Shown here: in pieces, positions 9,918-18,933 of the stretch | Layout: every line of letters starts with the position of its first letter | Numbering within the stretch: the stretch's first letter is position 1 | DNA from: Acidobacteriota bacterium | GTDB lineage: Bacteria; Acidobacteriota; UBA6911; RPQK01; JADFOI01 | Assembly: GCA_963663035.1 (NCBI GenBank) | Contig: OY760074.1 | Span: 640,001 to 704,000 of the forward strand | Direction: 5' to 3' | DNA length: 64,000 nucleotides | The notes under the pieces: generated by a model | Seen by the model: the letters and a program-made list of their open reading frames with translations, nothing else | Told to the model about the DNA's origin: nothing | Databases searched by the model: none | Position numbers and translations under genes: made by a program

Positions 9918-10515
9918 CCTCCAGTCTCCCATCTTCTATGGCATCTCCAATCGGCTGGCCTTTCCCCATCTTGATCCGTTGAATTACCTGGAGTTGCTTT
10001 TTCAAACGCGAGCTCACATTCTGCAGTGGCGTGAGAAGGATCTGTCAGCTGAAGAGAACAAAGTGTTTATTCGACATGGAATGCGGCTGGCCAAACAGAC
10101 CGGCAAGCTGTTCTTGGTGAATTCTCTCTTTGAAATGGCTCTAGATGAGGGGGCTGATGGTGCTCACCTCACCTCCAGCCAGGACGTTGGGGAGGCCCGA
10201 CGGAGTAGGGAACGTCTCGGAGCCAGGCAATCCCTGTTGGGACAGTCAGTTCATACACTGCGTGAGGCAGAAATAGTTGAGGCACAGGAAGTGGACTACC
10301 TTCTGCTGGGACCGATCTTTGCCCCCCTCTCCAAGGAATCGGCTCGTCCTCCTTTAGGAATCTCAACTCTTCGGAAAGCTGTGCAGAGACTATCCACCCC
10401 GGTGATCGCTGTTGGAGGCATCGATGAATCCAATTTCGAGAAAGTCTTCGAGACTGGAGCCAGCGGAGCAGCCGGAATAAGCTGGTTGCAGCGGGAGGTG
10501 GAGAGAATCCGCTGA
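9883..10515 (+). CDS. thiE: Thiamine-phosphate synthase (ThiE/TenI-like)
   Basis: LQWREKDL, GADGAHL, GQSVHT, YLLLGPIF...SK and AVGGI. Start is uncertain. Confidence 0.8.
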   Translation: MLTFRDILKRHNLQSPIFYGISNRLAFPHLDPLNYLELLFQTRAHILQWREKDLSAEENKVFIRHGMRLAKQTGKLFLVNSLFEMALDEGADGAHLTSSQDVGEARRSRERLGARQSLLGQSVHTLREAEIVEAQEVDYLLLGPIFAPLSKESARPPLGISTLRKAVQRLSTPVIAVGGIDESNFEKVFETGASGAAGISWLQREVERIR

Positions 10516-10522
10516 CAGCTGA

Positions 10523-10543
10523 CTTCCTGACTCCTGACTCCTT
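10523..10543. repeat. Short heptamer array (CTCCTGA-type)
   Basis: CTTCCTGACTCCTGACTCCT between the convergent thiE and PKS stops. Confidence 0.55.
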
Positions 10544-10548
10544 CTTCA

Positions 10549-11601
10549 TTACCATCTCAACAGAATGAGCTCAGAACTAAAGCCCGGGCCAAAAGCTGCA
10601 CACAGGCCCCAGTCGCTTTTCTGTGGAGACCTTTCAGCGATGATATGGTCCAGGACAAAGAGTAGGGTTGGACTGGACATGTTGCCGTAGTTTTCCAGAA
10701 CAAAACGACTGGGCTCGAGCATTCCCTCGCTGAGGTCAAGCGATTTCCTGAAAGCATTAAGAATCTTGGCTCCCCCTGGATGAATGACAAAGTGAGAAAG
10801 GTCCTTCAGTTTGAGTTGGTTGCGCTTCAGGAATTGGTGGATGTTGTCCTTGAGGTGTTTTTTAAGCAGGCGAGGAACACCCGTTGAGAGAATGACGCTG
10901 AGCCCTTTTTGGGTGAATTCCCATCCCATGAGATCGAGTGTGTCGGGCCACAGGGTGCTCAGGTTGTCCACCATGTGGATTCCGTCCTCTGGACAGGCAT
11001 CGCCACAGACCAGAACTGCAGCGGCTCCGTCTGCAAAGAGGGCCGAGGCCACAAAGTTGCTTTTGCCATAATCTGTGAATTGGAAGGTGAGGGATGACAG
11101 TTCCACTGAGACCAAGAGCACTCGCTGCTCTGGTGCCCCCTTTGCCAGGTCATTGCAGCGTGCAAGTCCAGAGGCTCCGCCGGCACATCCCAGACCAAAG
11201 ATGGGCGTCCGTTTGATATGGGTGTCAAATCCCATCCGGTTGATAATACGAGCATCGATACTGGGTGTTGACATCCCGCTGGTGGAGACAAAAATCAGAT
11301 GATCCACGTGCTGGGGACCAAGACCAGCCTTCTCCAAACAGCGCTCAATGGCTTCAACGCTCAAGCGCTCCGACCAGCGGATGTATTCTTCGTTCTTTGC
11401 CGAAAAAGTGTGATCACGCCCAAACCACTCCTGAGGGACACAGAAGAATCGCCTGCTGACGTTAACGTTCTCGAAAACGTCCATGAGGCTGGGAGTACAC
11501 TCGAGCTGCTCTTGGAAATGCTGGCGGGCCACTTCCCGGATATCTTGCTGGGTAGAGCAGAAGGGAGGCACAGCAGTGCCGACGGCGACGACGTGTGGCA
11601 T
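10549..11601 (-). CDS. Type III polyketide synthase (chalcone synthase-like; alkylresorcinol/alkylpyrone type)
   Basis: Cys-His-Asn triad motifs GLGCAGG, HPGG and YGNMSS; ALFADGAAA; AFGPGFS. Confidence 0.92.
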   Translation of the reverse strand: MPHVVAVGTAVPPFCSTQQDIREVARQHFQEQLECTPSLMDVFENVNVSRRFFCVPQEWFGRDHTFSAKNEEYIRWSERLSVEAIERCLEKAGLGPQHVDHLIFVSTSGMSTPSIDARIINRMGFDTHIKRTPIFGLGCAGGASGLARCNDLAKGAPEQRVLLVSVELSSLTFQFTDYGKSNFVASALFADGAAAVLVCGDACPEDGIHMVDNLSTLWPDTLDLMGWEFTQKGLSVILSTGVPRLLKKHLKDNIHQFLKRNQLKLKDLSHFVIHPGGAKILNAFRKSLDLSEGMLEPSRFVLENYGNMSSPTLLFVLDHIIAERSPQKSDWGLCAAFGPGFSSELILLRW

Positions 11602-11605
11602 GAAC

Positions 11606-12655
11606 CTATTGTACCGGAGCGCCCAGGCCTAGGAGAGAACCTTTTTCGGCGACGATGGAGACCTCTTCGGCTTCCATGACCTCCTGATACAAGGCTTCAT
11701 CCTGCAGTTCGATGACAAGTTGGTTGAGTGGTTCTAACTGAGGGATAAACTCTTGGATTTTCTTATTGAGTTTTTTGAGAGAATTTTGAATTTCCTCTGC
11801 AGAGGCTGTTTTATTGATGGCCTTTTCATCAATGTTGATCATAATGCCATTAATCGCCTGCCGGTAAGCATGAACCATATCCCTATAGGTGTGGAATTCC
11901 AATGGGTTTGCTTCCTCTTCCTTCCACTCCCTCCCTTCCATTCTTCGCCGGATGACCTTGAGCCGAGTCTCAGCAATTTCCAGAAAGACATCTACTCGAT
12001 TTTCCAAGTCTTGATGCAGCTGGATTTTTGCGTACTCTTCCTCTGTGAAACCATCTCTCACTTGGAGGCGCACAGACGCGAACCCAACCGGAGTCCCGAC
12101 GGCCCGAGATGCCAGCGGCAGGAGGTTGCCGATCAGTGTGCCTCGGGCTTTGCTACCGGTAGTTTCCTGTACCCCCACCGTGTCGCCCAGCAGTTGTCTC
12201 AACAAAGCTTTTCTCAAGTCTTCCAAATCCTGGATTGTGGTTTCGAAAGCCTCCAGGTACTCAAAAGGGACTGTGGTTCTCAAGTCCTTGATTGATTCGA
12301 TCTGTTGGCGAAGACGAATCTCCAGTTTTTTGACCTGAGTTGAGTGTAGATCTTTTACGTTTTTTACGCTGGAAGATTCTTCGGTGATGTATTGAGAGAG
12401 GGTCTGAATCTTTCCCAATAAGTCAGAGGCTAGTTCCAGTTCCCCTCGCTGGAGGTATCTGCGCAAAAGATCGGAACGACGATCCAGAACCTTTCTGAAA
12501 AGGTCAATTCGATCGCGATATCTCGACTTTCTCTGATATTCCCGAAACTCTGTCTCCATCAACAGATCCTTCAACGGAAGCACGACTTCCTGTCCCAGTG
12601 AAAGGGAATTCACAAGATTTCCCGCCAGAAGTAACGCTGCAAAGAGGAGTTTCAT
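11606..12655 (-). CDS. Exported helical hypothetical protein with an apparent internal domain duplication
   Basis: N-terminal signal peptide; two similar helical halves; 3 bp from argS and 4 bp from the PKS. Confidence 0.7.
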   Translation of the reverse strand: MKLLFAALLLAGNLVNSLSLGQEVVLPLKDLLMETEFREYQRKSRYRDRIDLFRKVLDRRSDLLRRYLQRGELELASDLLGKIQTLSQYITEESSSVKNVKDLHSTQVKKLEIRLRQQIESIKDLRTTVPFEYLEAFETTIQDLEDLRKALLRQLLGDTVGVQETTGSKARGTLIGNLLPLASRAVGTPVGFASVRLQVRDGFTEEEYAKIQLHQDLENRVDVFLEIAETRLKVIRRRMEGREWKEEEANPLEFHTYRDMVHAYRQAINGIMINIDEKAINKTASAEEIQNSLKKLNKKIQEFIPQLEPLNQLVIELQDEALYQEVMEAEEVSIVAEKGSLLGLGAPVQ

Positions 12656-12658
12656 TAA

Positions 12659-14656
12659 TTACATTCTCTCAGGTACTGGTATACCAAGTAAATCGAGGCT
12701 CTTCAAAAGCCCCTGGCGCGCCGTATCGGCGACGGTTAGGTAAAAGCATCTCTTCGTCGTATCCCTTTCAGAGAGGATGTGGTACCTATGATAGAAGAAG
12801 TTAAATTTTTGGGCCAGGGTAAAAGCATGTTTCGCCAAATGGGAAATCTCCATGGTACCAATGGTCTGCTCAATGGCTTCATCAAGACGCGCCGTCTGAA
12901 GCAAAAGACTCCACAGTTCATCGTCGTCGATGAGCTCGGTGATTGAATGTGGTTCTTCCCACATCTTCTCACGTTCTTCTTTCCAGATTGAAGGGTTCCA
13001 ATTCCCATCGAGTGCTTCCAGCTTGCGAAAGATGTTGTTGGCACGCACCACCGAATACTGCAAATACGGTCCTGTTTCGCCCTCGAAACTGAGGGCTTCG
13101 GCAAAGTCAAAAGCGATCACCGCATTGCGAGTGTACTTCAGAACAAAGTAACGCAGTGCTCCAATGGAGATCTTCTGTGCGATCTCTTTTCGCTTCTCCA
13201 AAGTAAGATCTTTAGCCCGTGCGTTGACTTCCTCCAGCGATTTCTCGATCAGCTTGTCAATGAGATCGTCGGCTTTGACCCCCAGCCCCTTACGTCCCGA
13301 GACTTCCACATAGGGCTTTTTCTTCTCATCCTCTGACAACTGAAGGCCTAGTTCCGAACAGCATGCCGGGGAGAGAGCTACCATTTCATAGGAGAAGTGC
13401 ACGGAACGATCCGCTTGCTGGGTGAATCCGAGTCTTCTTAGGCCCTCCACCACCACCCGCTGAAGATAAGCTTGACGGACGTCGATGACGTTGAAGACGC
13501 TCTGGGCTTGCCCGAAATCGGGCTCGCTGTCGGAAGAAGGTTCCGTGGCGGTCAGCCACACCGTGTCTTCATCCGGCCCATCAGGGTTGTGTGTGGATAG
13601 TTGGCCGTCTTTGTATTGGCAAAGTGGGCGATAGTGAAAGGTCCTTTTCAAAAGCCCAAACTTCCAGAGCTGGTAGGCGATGTCCTTTCCCACATACGTC
13701 ACAGTACCATTGCTCCGGACGATGATCTTTTCCTCGTCAGGTTGGCCCTTTTTTCCTGGCATCTGCATGGTCCAACAGCCTTGGTAAGGACCATCCTTCC
13801 GAAAGGTGAGAGCTTTCTTCTCTTTTAGGCGCTGGAAGGCTTCTTCCCAGAACTTGAGGTGCAAGATCTCACTTTCCCGGGGTAAGACCTGGTATCGTAC
13901 GCCGATGCGGAGCATTGTTTTCAAGTGGGCCATGACGATCCGCATGGATAGGTGCTCGGAGAGCTGCCGGGTGGGTTCTTGAGCATTTTCGATTTCTTTG
14001 AGTGCTTGCTCGCGGTATTGAAGGCGAGATTCCCGCTCCTTATACCACTCAGAGACCTCAGCGTAGAGATCCCAGCAGTAGTAATCGAAAGGTTCCTCTA
14101 TGGATTTGACCTGTTCGAGCGACATCCTGCGCAAGTGCTGAAAACCGACAAGGACGTCGGCCACCTGGACACCTGTATTGTCGATGTAGTTTTGAACCTC
14201 AACCGTGTAGCCGCGAACCCGCAGGAGTCTGGCAAAGGTGTCTCCCAGAGCCGCATTTCTCAAATGCCCGATGTGTGCGGCCTTGTTGGGGTTGATATTG
14301 GTGTGCTCTACAATGACCTTGGTGCCCGAGGGCTCAAGAGGAGGGCTGTGAAGCCAGCTGTGGAGATCTCTAAAGAACGAAACCCGCTTGAAGAAAACAT
14401 TCAGGTAGCCGTTGCCAGCCGCTACGAAACGCTCCACATGGGGAGGGGTGCCGATGTTTTCCTCTACCTCTGAGGCGATTTCACGTGGAGATCTATGAAG
14501 AGTTTTCGCCAGTTCGAAAGAAAAGGGAAAGGCCAGATCTCCGAATTCAATTCGCGGAGGCGTCTCCACCGTAAGCTGCTCCAGTTCCACTCCGAAATGC
14601 TGTGCAATGAACTGCTTTAGATGTCCCTCCGTCTCTTCTATTCGCTTCAGTAGCAT
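12659..14656 (-). CDS. argS: Arginine--tRNA ligase
   Basis: EHTNINPNKAAHIGHLRNA, RSNGTVTYVGKDIAY and FEGETGPYLQY; ends in ERM. Start chosen at ATG 14656. Confidence 0.95.
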   Translation of the reverse strand: MLLKRIEETEGHLKQFIAQHFGVELEQLTVETPPRIEFGDLAFPFSFELAKTLHRSPREIASEVEENIGTPPHVERFVAAGNGYLNVFFKRVSFFRDLHSWLHSPPLEPSGTKVIVEHTNINPNKAAHIGHLRNAALGDTFARLLRVRGYTVEVQNYIDNTGVQVADVLVGFQHLRRMSLEQVKSIEEPFDYYCWDLYAEVSEWYKERESRLQYREQALKEIENAQEPTRQLSEHLSMRIVMAHLKTMLRIGVRYQVLPRESEILHLKFWEEAFQRLKEKKALTFRKDGPYQGCWTMQMPGKKGQPDEEKIIVRSNGTVTYVGKDIAYQLWKFGLLKRTFHYRPLCQYKDGQLSTHNPDGPDEDTVWLTATEPSSDSEPDFGQAQSVFNVIDVRQAYLQRVVVEGLRRLGFTQQADRSVHFSYEMVALSPACCSELGLQLSEDEKKKPYVEVSGRKGLGVKADDLIDKLIEKSLEEVNARAKDLTLEKRKEIAQKISIGALRYFVLKYTRNAVIAFDFAEALSFEGETGPYLQYSVVRANNIFRKLEALDGNWNPSIWKEEREKMWEEPHSITELIDDDELWSLLLQTARLDEAIEQTIGTMEISHLAKHAFTLAQKFNFFYHRYHILSERDTTKRCFYLTVADTARQGLLKSLDLLGIPVPERM

Positions 14657-14820
14657 AGGCGCTAATGATAAGCGAACCCCCCCCAGGAGGGCAAAGCACG
14701 ACCGCACGACAGCTCAAGAGCACGAATGCACCAACACACGATCTGCAGTATAGTGGTCCACTCGTAACAGGAAGACGTCACGAAATCACAAGCCCACGAC
14801 GGCCCAGATGCCATAGCCTT

Positions 14821-16044
14821 ATGAGTAAAATACTTCACTTTGACCCCTTTAATGGAGTGAGTGGCGATATGATTCTGGGGGCGCTCATCCATCTGGGGCT
14901 GCCCTTGGAACACTTGAGAAAAGAGCTGGGCAAGCTGAACCTGGAGGAATATGAGCTGGTGGCGGAAGAGACGGTCCGTCAAAGTATTCTAGGGATCAAC
15001 TTCCAAGTCCAAACCAGCGAATCCTCCCACCACCATCACAGAGGGTTGAGAAAGATCCAGAACCTGATTGAGGAGAGCGAGCTTGATTCTTGGGTGAAAC
15101 AGACGGCCGGCTCGATTTTCTGCCGGCTGGGGGAGGCTGAAGCCAAAGTCCATCATACTTCCCTTGACGAGGTTCACTTTCATGAAGTTGGAGCCGTTGA
15201 TGCCATCGTGGATATCGTAGGCGCCTGTATCGGTTTCCATTATTTCGGAGTGGAGTGCTTCGACAGTGCTCCGCTGAATCTGGGTAGTGGAACGGTCACT
15301 TTCTCACACGGGACCTGGCCTGTTCCTGCGCCTGCCACCGCGGAGTTGGTGACAGGTTTCCCGGTCTTTCTGGGCCAGGTGAAGGCCGAGCTCACCACAC
15401 CCACGGGCGCTGCTATCGTGACCACTGTAGCCGAAGAATTCAGCTCTTCGTCTGTGTGCCGGTACGAAAAATGGGGGTTTGGCGCCGGTGACAGGGAATT
15501 TGAAGAGATCCCTAACATGCTAAGATTGGTCCTGGGGCGAAGGATGGAAGCAGATGCCTCTGGAGAGGCCTCGCCGGAGGGCAATGGGGAATTGCAAGAA
15601 GAAGAGATCTGTCTTTTGGAGGCCAACATCGACGACATGGATGGGGAGATGTTTGGTCATTTTCTGGAGTTAGCCCTGAGAGAGAATGCCCTGGACGCCT
15701 ATTTTACTCCCGTGCAAATGAAGAAAAATCGTCCTGGGGTAAAGATTTCTGTTCTTTGCCAACAGCCGGATCGAGAGCGGATGGCAGAATTGATCTTTCG
15801 CGAAACGACCACGCTGGGCGTTCGATGGACTCCGTGGAAGAGATGGATTCTGAGTCGTGAAGTCAAGCCGGTGGAGACTGAATACGGAACAGTGGCGGTG
15901 AAGATCGCCCGTTACAAGGGAGAAATTGTGAGTATGGCACCCGAATATGAAGATCTGAAGGCCATCGCTGAAAGATCGGATATTCCTTTGAAGACACTGC
16001 GACAAAGCATTCTGGAACAGATCATTGATAAAGGCTATGAGTGA
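14821..16044 (+). CDS. larC: Nickel pincer cofactor nickel-insertion protein LarC
   Basis: GVSGDMILGAL, a His-rich patch, HFHEVGAVDAIVDI, ELTTPTGAA, MKKNRPG, ETTTLGVR and PEYED. Confidence 0.92.
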   Translation: MSKILHFDPFNGVSGDMILGALIHLGLPLEHLRKELGKLNLEEYELVAEETVRQSILGINFQVQTSESSHHHHRGLRKIQNLIEESELDSWVKQTAGSIFCRLGEAEAKVHHTSLDEVHFHEVGAVDAIVDIVGACIGFHYFGVECFDSAPLNLGSGTVTFSHGTWPVPAPATAELVTGFPVFLGQVKAELTTPTGAAIVTTVAEEFSSSSVCRYEKWGFGAGDREFEEIPNMLRLVLGRRMEADASGEASPEGNGELQEEEICLLEANIDDMDGEMFGHFLELALRENALDAYFTPVQMKKNRPGVKISVLCQQPDRERMAELIFRETTTLGVRWTPWKRWILSREVKPVETEYGTVAVKIARYKGEIVSMAPEYEDLKAIAERSDIPLKTLRQSILEQIIDKGYE

Positions 16045-17968
16045 CAAATTCTATCTGACTACTCCCCTCTATTACGTCAATGGAGTCCCCCATGTGGGAC
16101 ACATCTATACATCCGTCCTCTCCGATGCGATTGCACGCTACAAGCGTATGTGCGGTCTTGAGGTTTGCTCCCTCACGGGTACGGACGAACACGGGCTCAA
16201 GATTGAGAGAGCTGCCCGCCAACAAGGGATGGCTCCTCAAAAGTTCACCAACACTTACGCGGCCACCTTTCGGCAGGCCTGGAAAAAATTGGGCCTGAGT
16301 TTCGATGAGTTTATCCGAACGACGGAAAAGCGACACCGGGTAGCTGTTGTAGAGATTTTTGAAAGAATTAAAGAGAACAATTTCATTTACCTCGGCGAAT
16401 ACAGTGGAAATTACTGTGTCAATTGTGAAGCCTACACACCTGAAGATGACAAGACTTGCCCCGACTGTGGGCGTGATACCGAGTTTATGACAGAGGAGAG
16501 TTATTTCTTTAAGCTCTCAGCCTTCCAGGAGAAGCTTCTGAACTTTTACGAGTCCAATCCGGACTTTGTTATCCCCACAACCCGGATGAACGAGATTGTC
16601 AGCTTTGTGAAGGGGGGGCTTAAGGATCTGAGCATCAGCCGGACATCCTTCAGTTGGGGAGTCCCAGTGCCCGGAGATGAAAAACACATCTTTTACGTCT
16701 GGTTTGATGCCCTCACGGGCTACCTTGCGGGTATTGGGTTTGCTAGTCAACCCGAGACCTTTGCCGCCTATTGGCCTGCAGATGTCCAACTGATCGGCAA
16801 AGATATTCTGCGCTTTCACGCCGTTTATTGGCCGGCCTTTTTGATTGCAGCTGGGTTAGAGCCACCTCGCCATATCTTAACCCATGGATGGTGGACCGTA
16901 GATGCTGAAAAGATTTCCAAGTCCCGCGGCAATACCATCACCGCAGGTGAGTTGAGCGATTTGCTTCAACCCGATTATGTCAAGTATTTCCTGCTTCGAG
17001 AGATACCTATCGGTGCTGATGGAAACTTTTCCTATGACCTTCTCCTGAAGCGAGTGAACAGTGACCTGGCCAACGACCTGGGAAACCTGTCGAATCGGAC
17101 GCTGACCATGATTAAGAATTATTTTGACGCGAAGATCCCAGAGTGCGGGGAGCTTGAAGCGATGGACCAGGAACTCAGGGAGTTCAGCAGTGAGACGATT
17201 GCTCTTTATCGTGAGAAGTTTGACAGCCTTCAAATCAAAAAGGCCCTTGACACTGTTTGGGAACTGATTTCCCTGGTGAATAAATACATTGTCGCTAACG
17301 AGCCCTGGGCCATGGCGGAGGATTCTTCCAGGACAGCTCGGCTGGGAACCGTGCTCTATCATGCGGCTGAGACCCTGCGGATCATAACTGTTTTGATGGC
17401 TCCCATCGTTCCGACTGGGGCCGCTTCAATCCTCAAACAGCTGGGCATCTCCAAGCCTCTTGAGGACCACAGGATCACCCAGCTGAACTGGGGGGAGTTA
17501 GAGAAGGACTCTCCAATCGGTAAGGTGAAGGCAGTCTACCCACGGATCGATCCAAAGGAATTCATGAGGCTTGTCGAGGAAAGAGAACAGAAGAGGGAAA
17601 CTGCTGCTCGGGAAGAGGAGAAGGCAGGTGTGGCCCCGGAAAAGAACGAGATCAAAATCGAAGACTTTGCCAAGGTGGAGATGAGAGTGGGAAAGATCGT
17701 TTCGGCGGAAAGAGTTCCGAAATCAGACAAGCTGGTAAAGATACAGGTGGACGTTGGATCAGACGTTCGTCAGGTAGTGGCAGGGATCGGTCAAGAGTAT
17801 ACGCCTGAAGAATTACCAGGCCGTCTGGTTGCAGTCGTGACCAATTTGAAGTCTGCCAAACTGATGGGTGTTGAATCGAACGGAATGCTTGTAGCAGCCT
17901 CGAACAAGGGTAAGCCGGTTCTTGTCACTTTCAATGAGCCAGTCACACTCGGCGCTAGATTGCAGTAA
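16037..17968 (+). CDS. metG: Methionine--tRNA ligase with C-terminal tRNA-binding domain
   Basis: PHVGH, GTDEHG, YVWFDAL, GKDILRFH and KISKS; C-terminal OB domain. Confidence 0.96.
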   Translation: MSDKFYLTTPLYYVNGVPHVGHIYTSVLSDAIARYKRMCGLEVCSLTGTDEHGLKIERAARQQGMAPQKFTNTYAATFRQAWKKLGLSFDEFIRTTEKRHRVAVVEIFERIKENNFIYLGEYSGNYCVNCEAYTPEDDKTCPDCGRDTEFMTEESYFFKLSAFQEKLLNFYESNPDFVIPTTRMNEIVSFVKGGLKDLSISRTSFSWGVPVPGDEKHIFYVWFDALTGYLAGIGFASQPETFAAYWPADVQLIGKDILRFHAVYWPAFLIAAGLEPPRHILTHGWWTVDAEKISKSRGNTITAGELSDLLQPDYVKYFLLREIPIGADGNFSYDLLLKRVNSDLANDLGNLSNRTLTMIKNYFDAKIPECGELEAMDQELREFSSETIALYREKFDSLQIKKALDTVWELISLVNKYIVANEPWAMAEDSSRTARLGTVLYHAAETLRIITVLMAPIVPTGAASILKQLGISKPLEDHRITQLNWGELEKDSPIGKVKAVYPRIDPKEFMRLVEEREQKRETAAREEEKAGVAPEKNEIKIEDFAKVEMRVGKIVSAERVPKSDKLVKIQVDVGSDVRQVVAGIGQEYTPEELPGRLVAVVTNLKSAKLMGVESNGMLVAASNKGKPVLVTFNEPVTLGARLQ

Positions 17969-18744
17969 TGTTCATCGACTCTCATGCGCATCTCGATTCC
18001 CCGGATTTTCAACCAGATTTAGAGGACGTCCTCCAGAGAGCGAAGGATGCCGGTGTATCCACTATTTTGACCATCGGCTGTGTCTCGGAGGGAGTGGAGA
18101 GTATTGCCACCTTTCTGCAGCTTCTGGAAGACCATGACTGTTTGTACGGGAGTATCGGTGTTCACCCTCACGATGCCCGCTTTTATGACAATGCACTGGG
18201 ACAGGAGATACAGCGGCTCTCGGAGCACTCCAAGATTGTAGGCTGGGGGGAAATTGGCTTGGATTTTCACTATCACCATTCCCCCCGCTCCCAACAAATC
18301 GAGGCTTTCAGACAGCAGCTAAGATGTGCTCGCGCAGCCGATAAGCCCGTTATCATCCATTGTCGGGAAGCAGAAGCCTTGATGTGTGAGATTCTGGAGG
18401 AAGAGTATTCTCAAGGTCGCGGGGGTGTGCTGCATTGTTTTACAGCTGACCTCGAGACGGCAGAACGCTGCCTCCTTCTCGGTTTCTACATTTCCTTCGG
18501 TGGAATTCTGACCTTTCGGAAAGCAGAGGATCTGCGAGAGATCGCCCGCCAGATCCCATCTGAGCGATTACTCATTGAGACTGACTCCCCCTATCTGGCG
18601 CCAGTCCCCTTTCGAGGCAAACGTAACGAGCCTTCCTTCCTGCCGAAGGTGAGTGAAGTGCTCGGAGAGGTTCGCCGAACAACCTCAGAAGAAATTGGTG
18701 TCCTGACGAGGACAAACTTCCAGCGCCTCTTCCTCCCCACCTGA
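17968..18744 (+). CDS. tatD: TatD family nuclease
   Basis: DSHAHL, GVHPH, GEIGLD, HCR, HCF and ETDSPYLAP...RGKRNEP. Confidence 0.93.
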   Translation: MFIDSHAHLDSPDFQPDLEDVLQRAKDAGVSTILTIGCVSEGVESIATFLQLLEDHDCLYGSIGVHPHDARFYDNALGQEIQRLSEHSKIVGWGEIGLDFHYHHSPRSQQIEAFRQQLRCARAADKPVIIHCREAEALMCEILEEEYSQGRGGVLHCFTADLETAERCLLLGFYISFGGILTFRKAEDLREIARQIPSERLLIETDSPYLAPVPFRGKRNEPSFLPKVSEVLGEVRRTTSEEIGVLTRTNFQRLFLPT

Positions 18745-18750
18745 GAGTGA

Positions 18751-18891
18751 AGAAGTCAGGAGGCAGGAGTCAGGAGTCAGGAGAGAGAATCCAGAAGTCA
18801 GAATCCAGAATATCTTTGGAACCGCGAAGCGCGTCTCCTACCTCCTATCTCCTACCTCCTATCTCCTGCAACTTGGAACTTGGCACTTGGA
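18751..18891. repeat. Inverted heptamer arrays around a CGCGAAGCGCG hairpin
   Basis: AGGAGTC/AGGAGGC/AGAATCC units at 18751-18810, a spacer containing CGCGAAGCGCG, CTCCTAC/CTCCTAT units at 18835-18869, then ACTTGG(N) x3. Confidence 0.8.
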
Positions 18892-18933
18892 TTGGTATAT
18901 TAGCGTGGGCAAAAGGCTAAAAGGGCAAAAAGT

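Noticed and set aside
14821-16044. Lactate racemase (lar) gene cluster
   Set aside because: Only larC is present, and dispersed larB/C/E genes are common.
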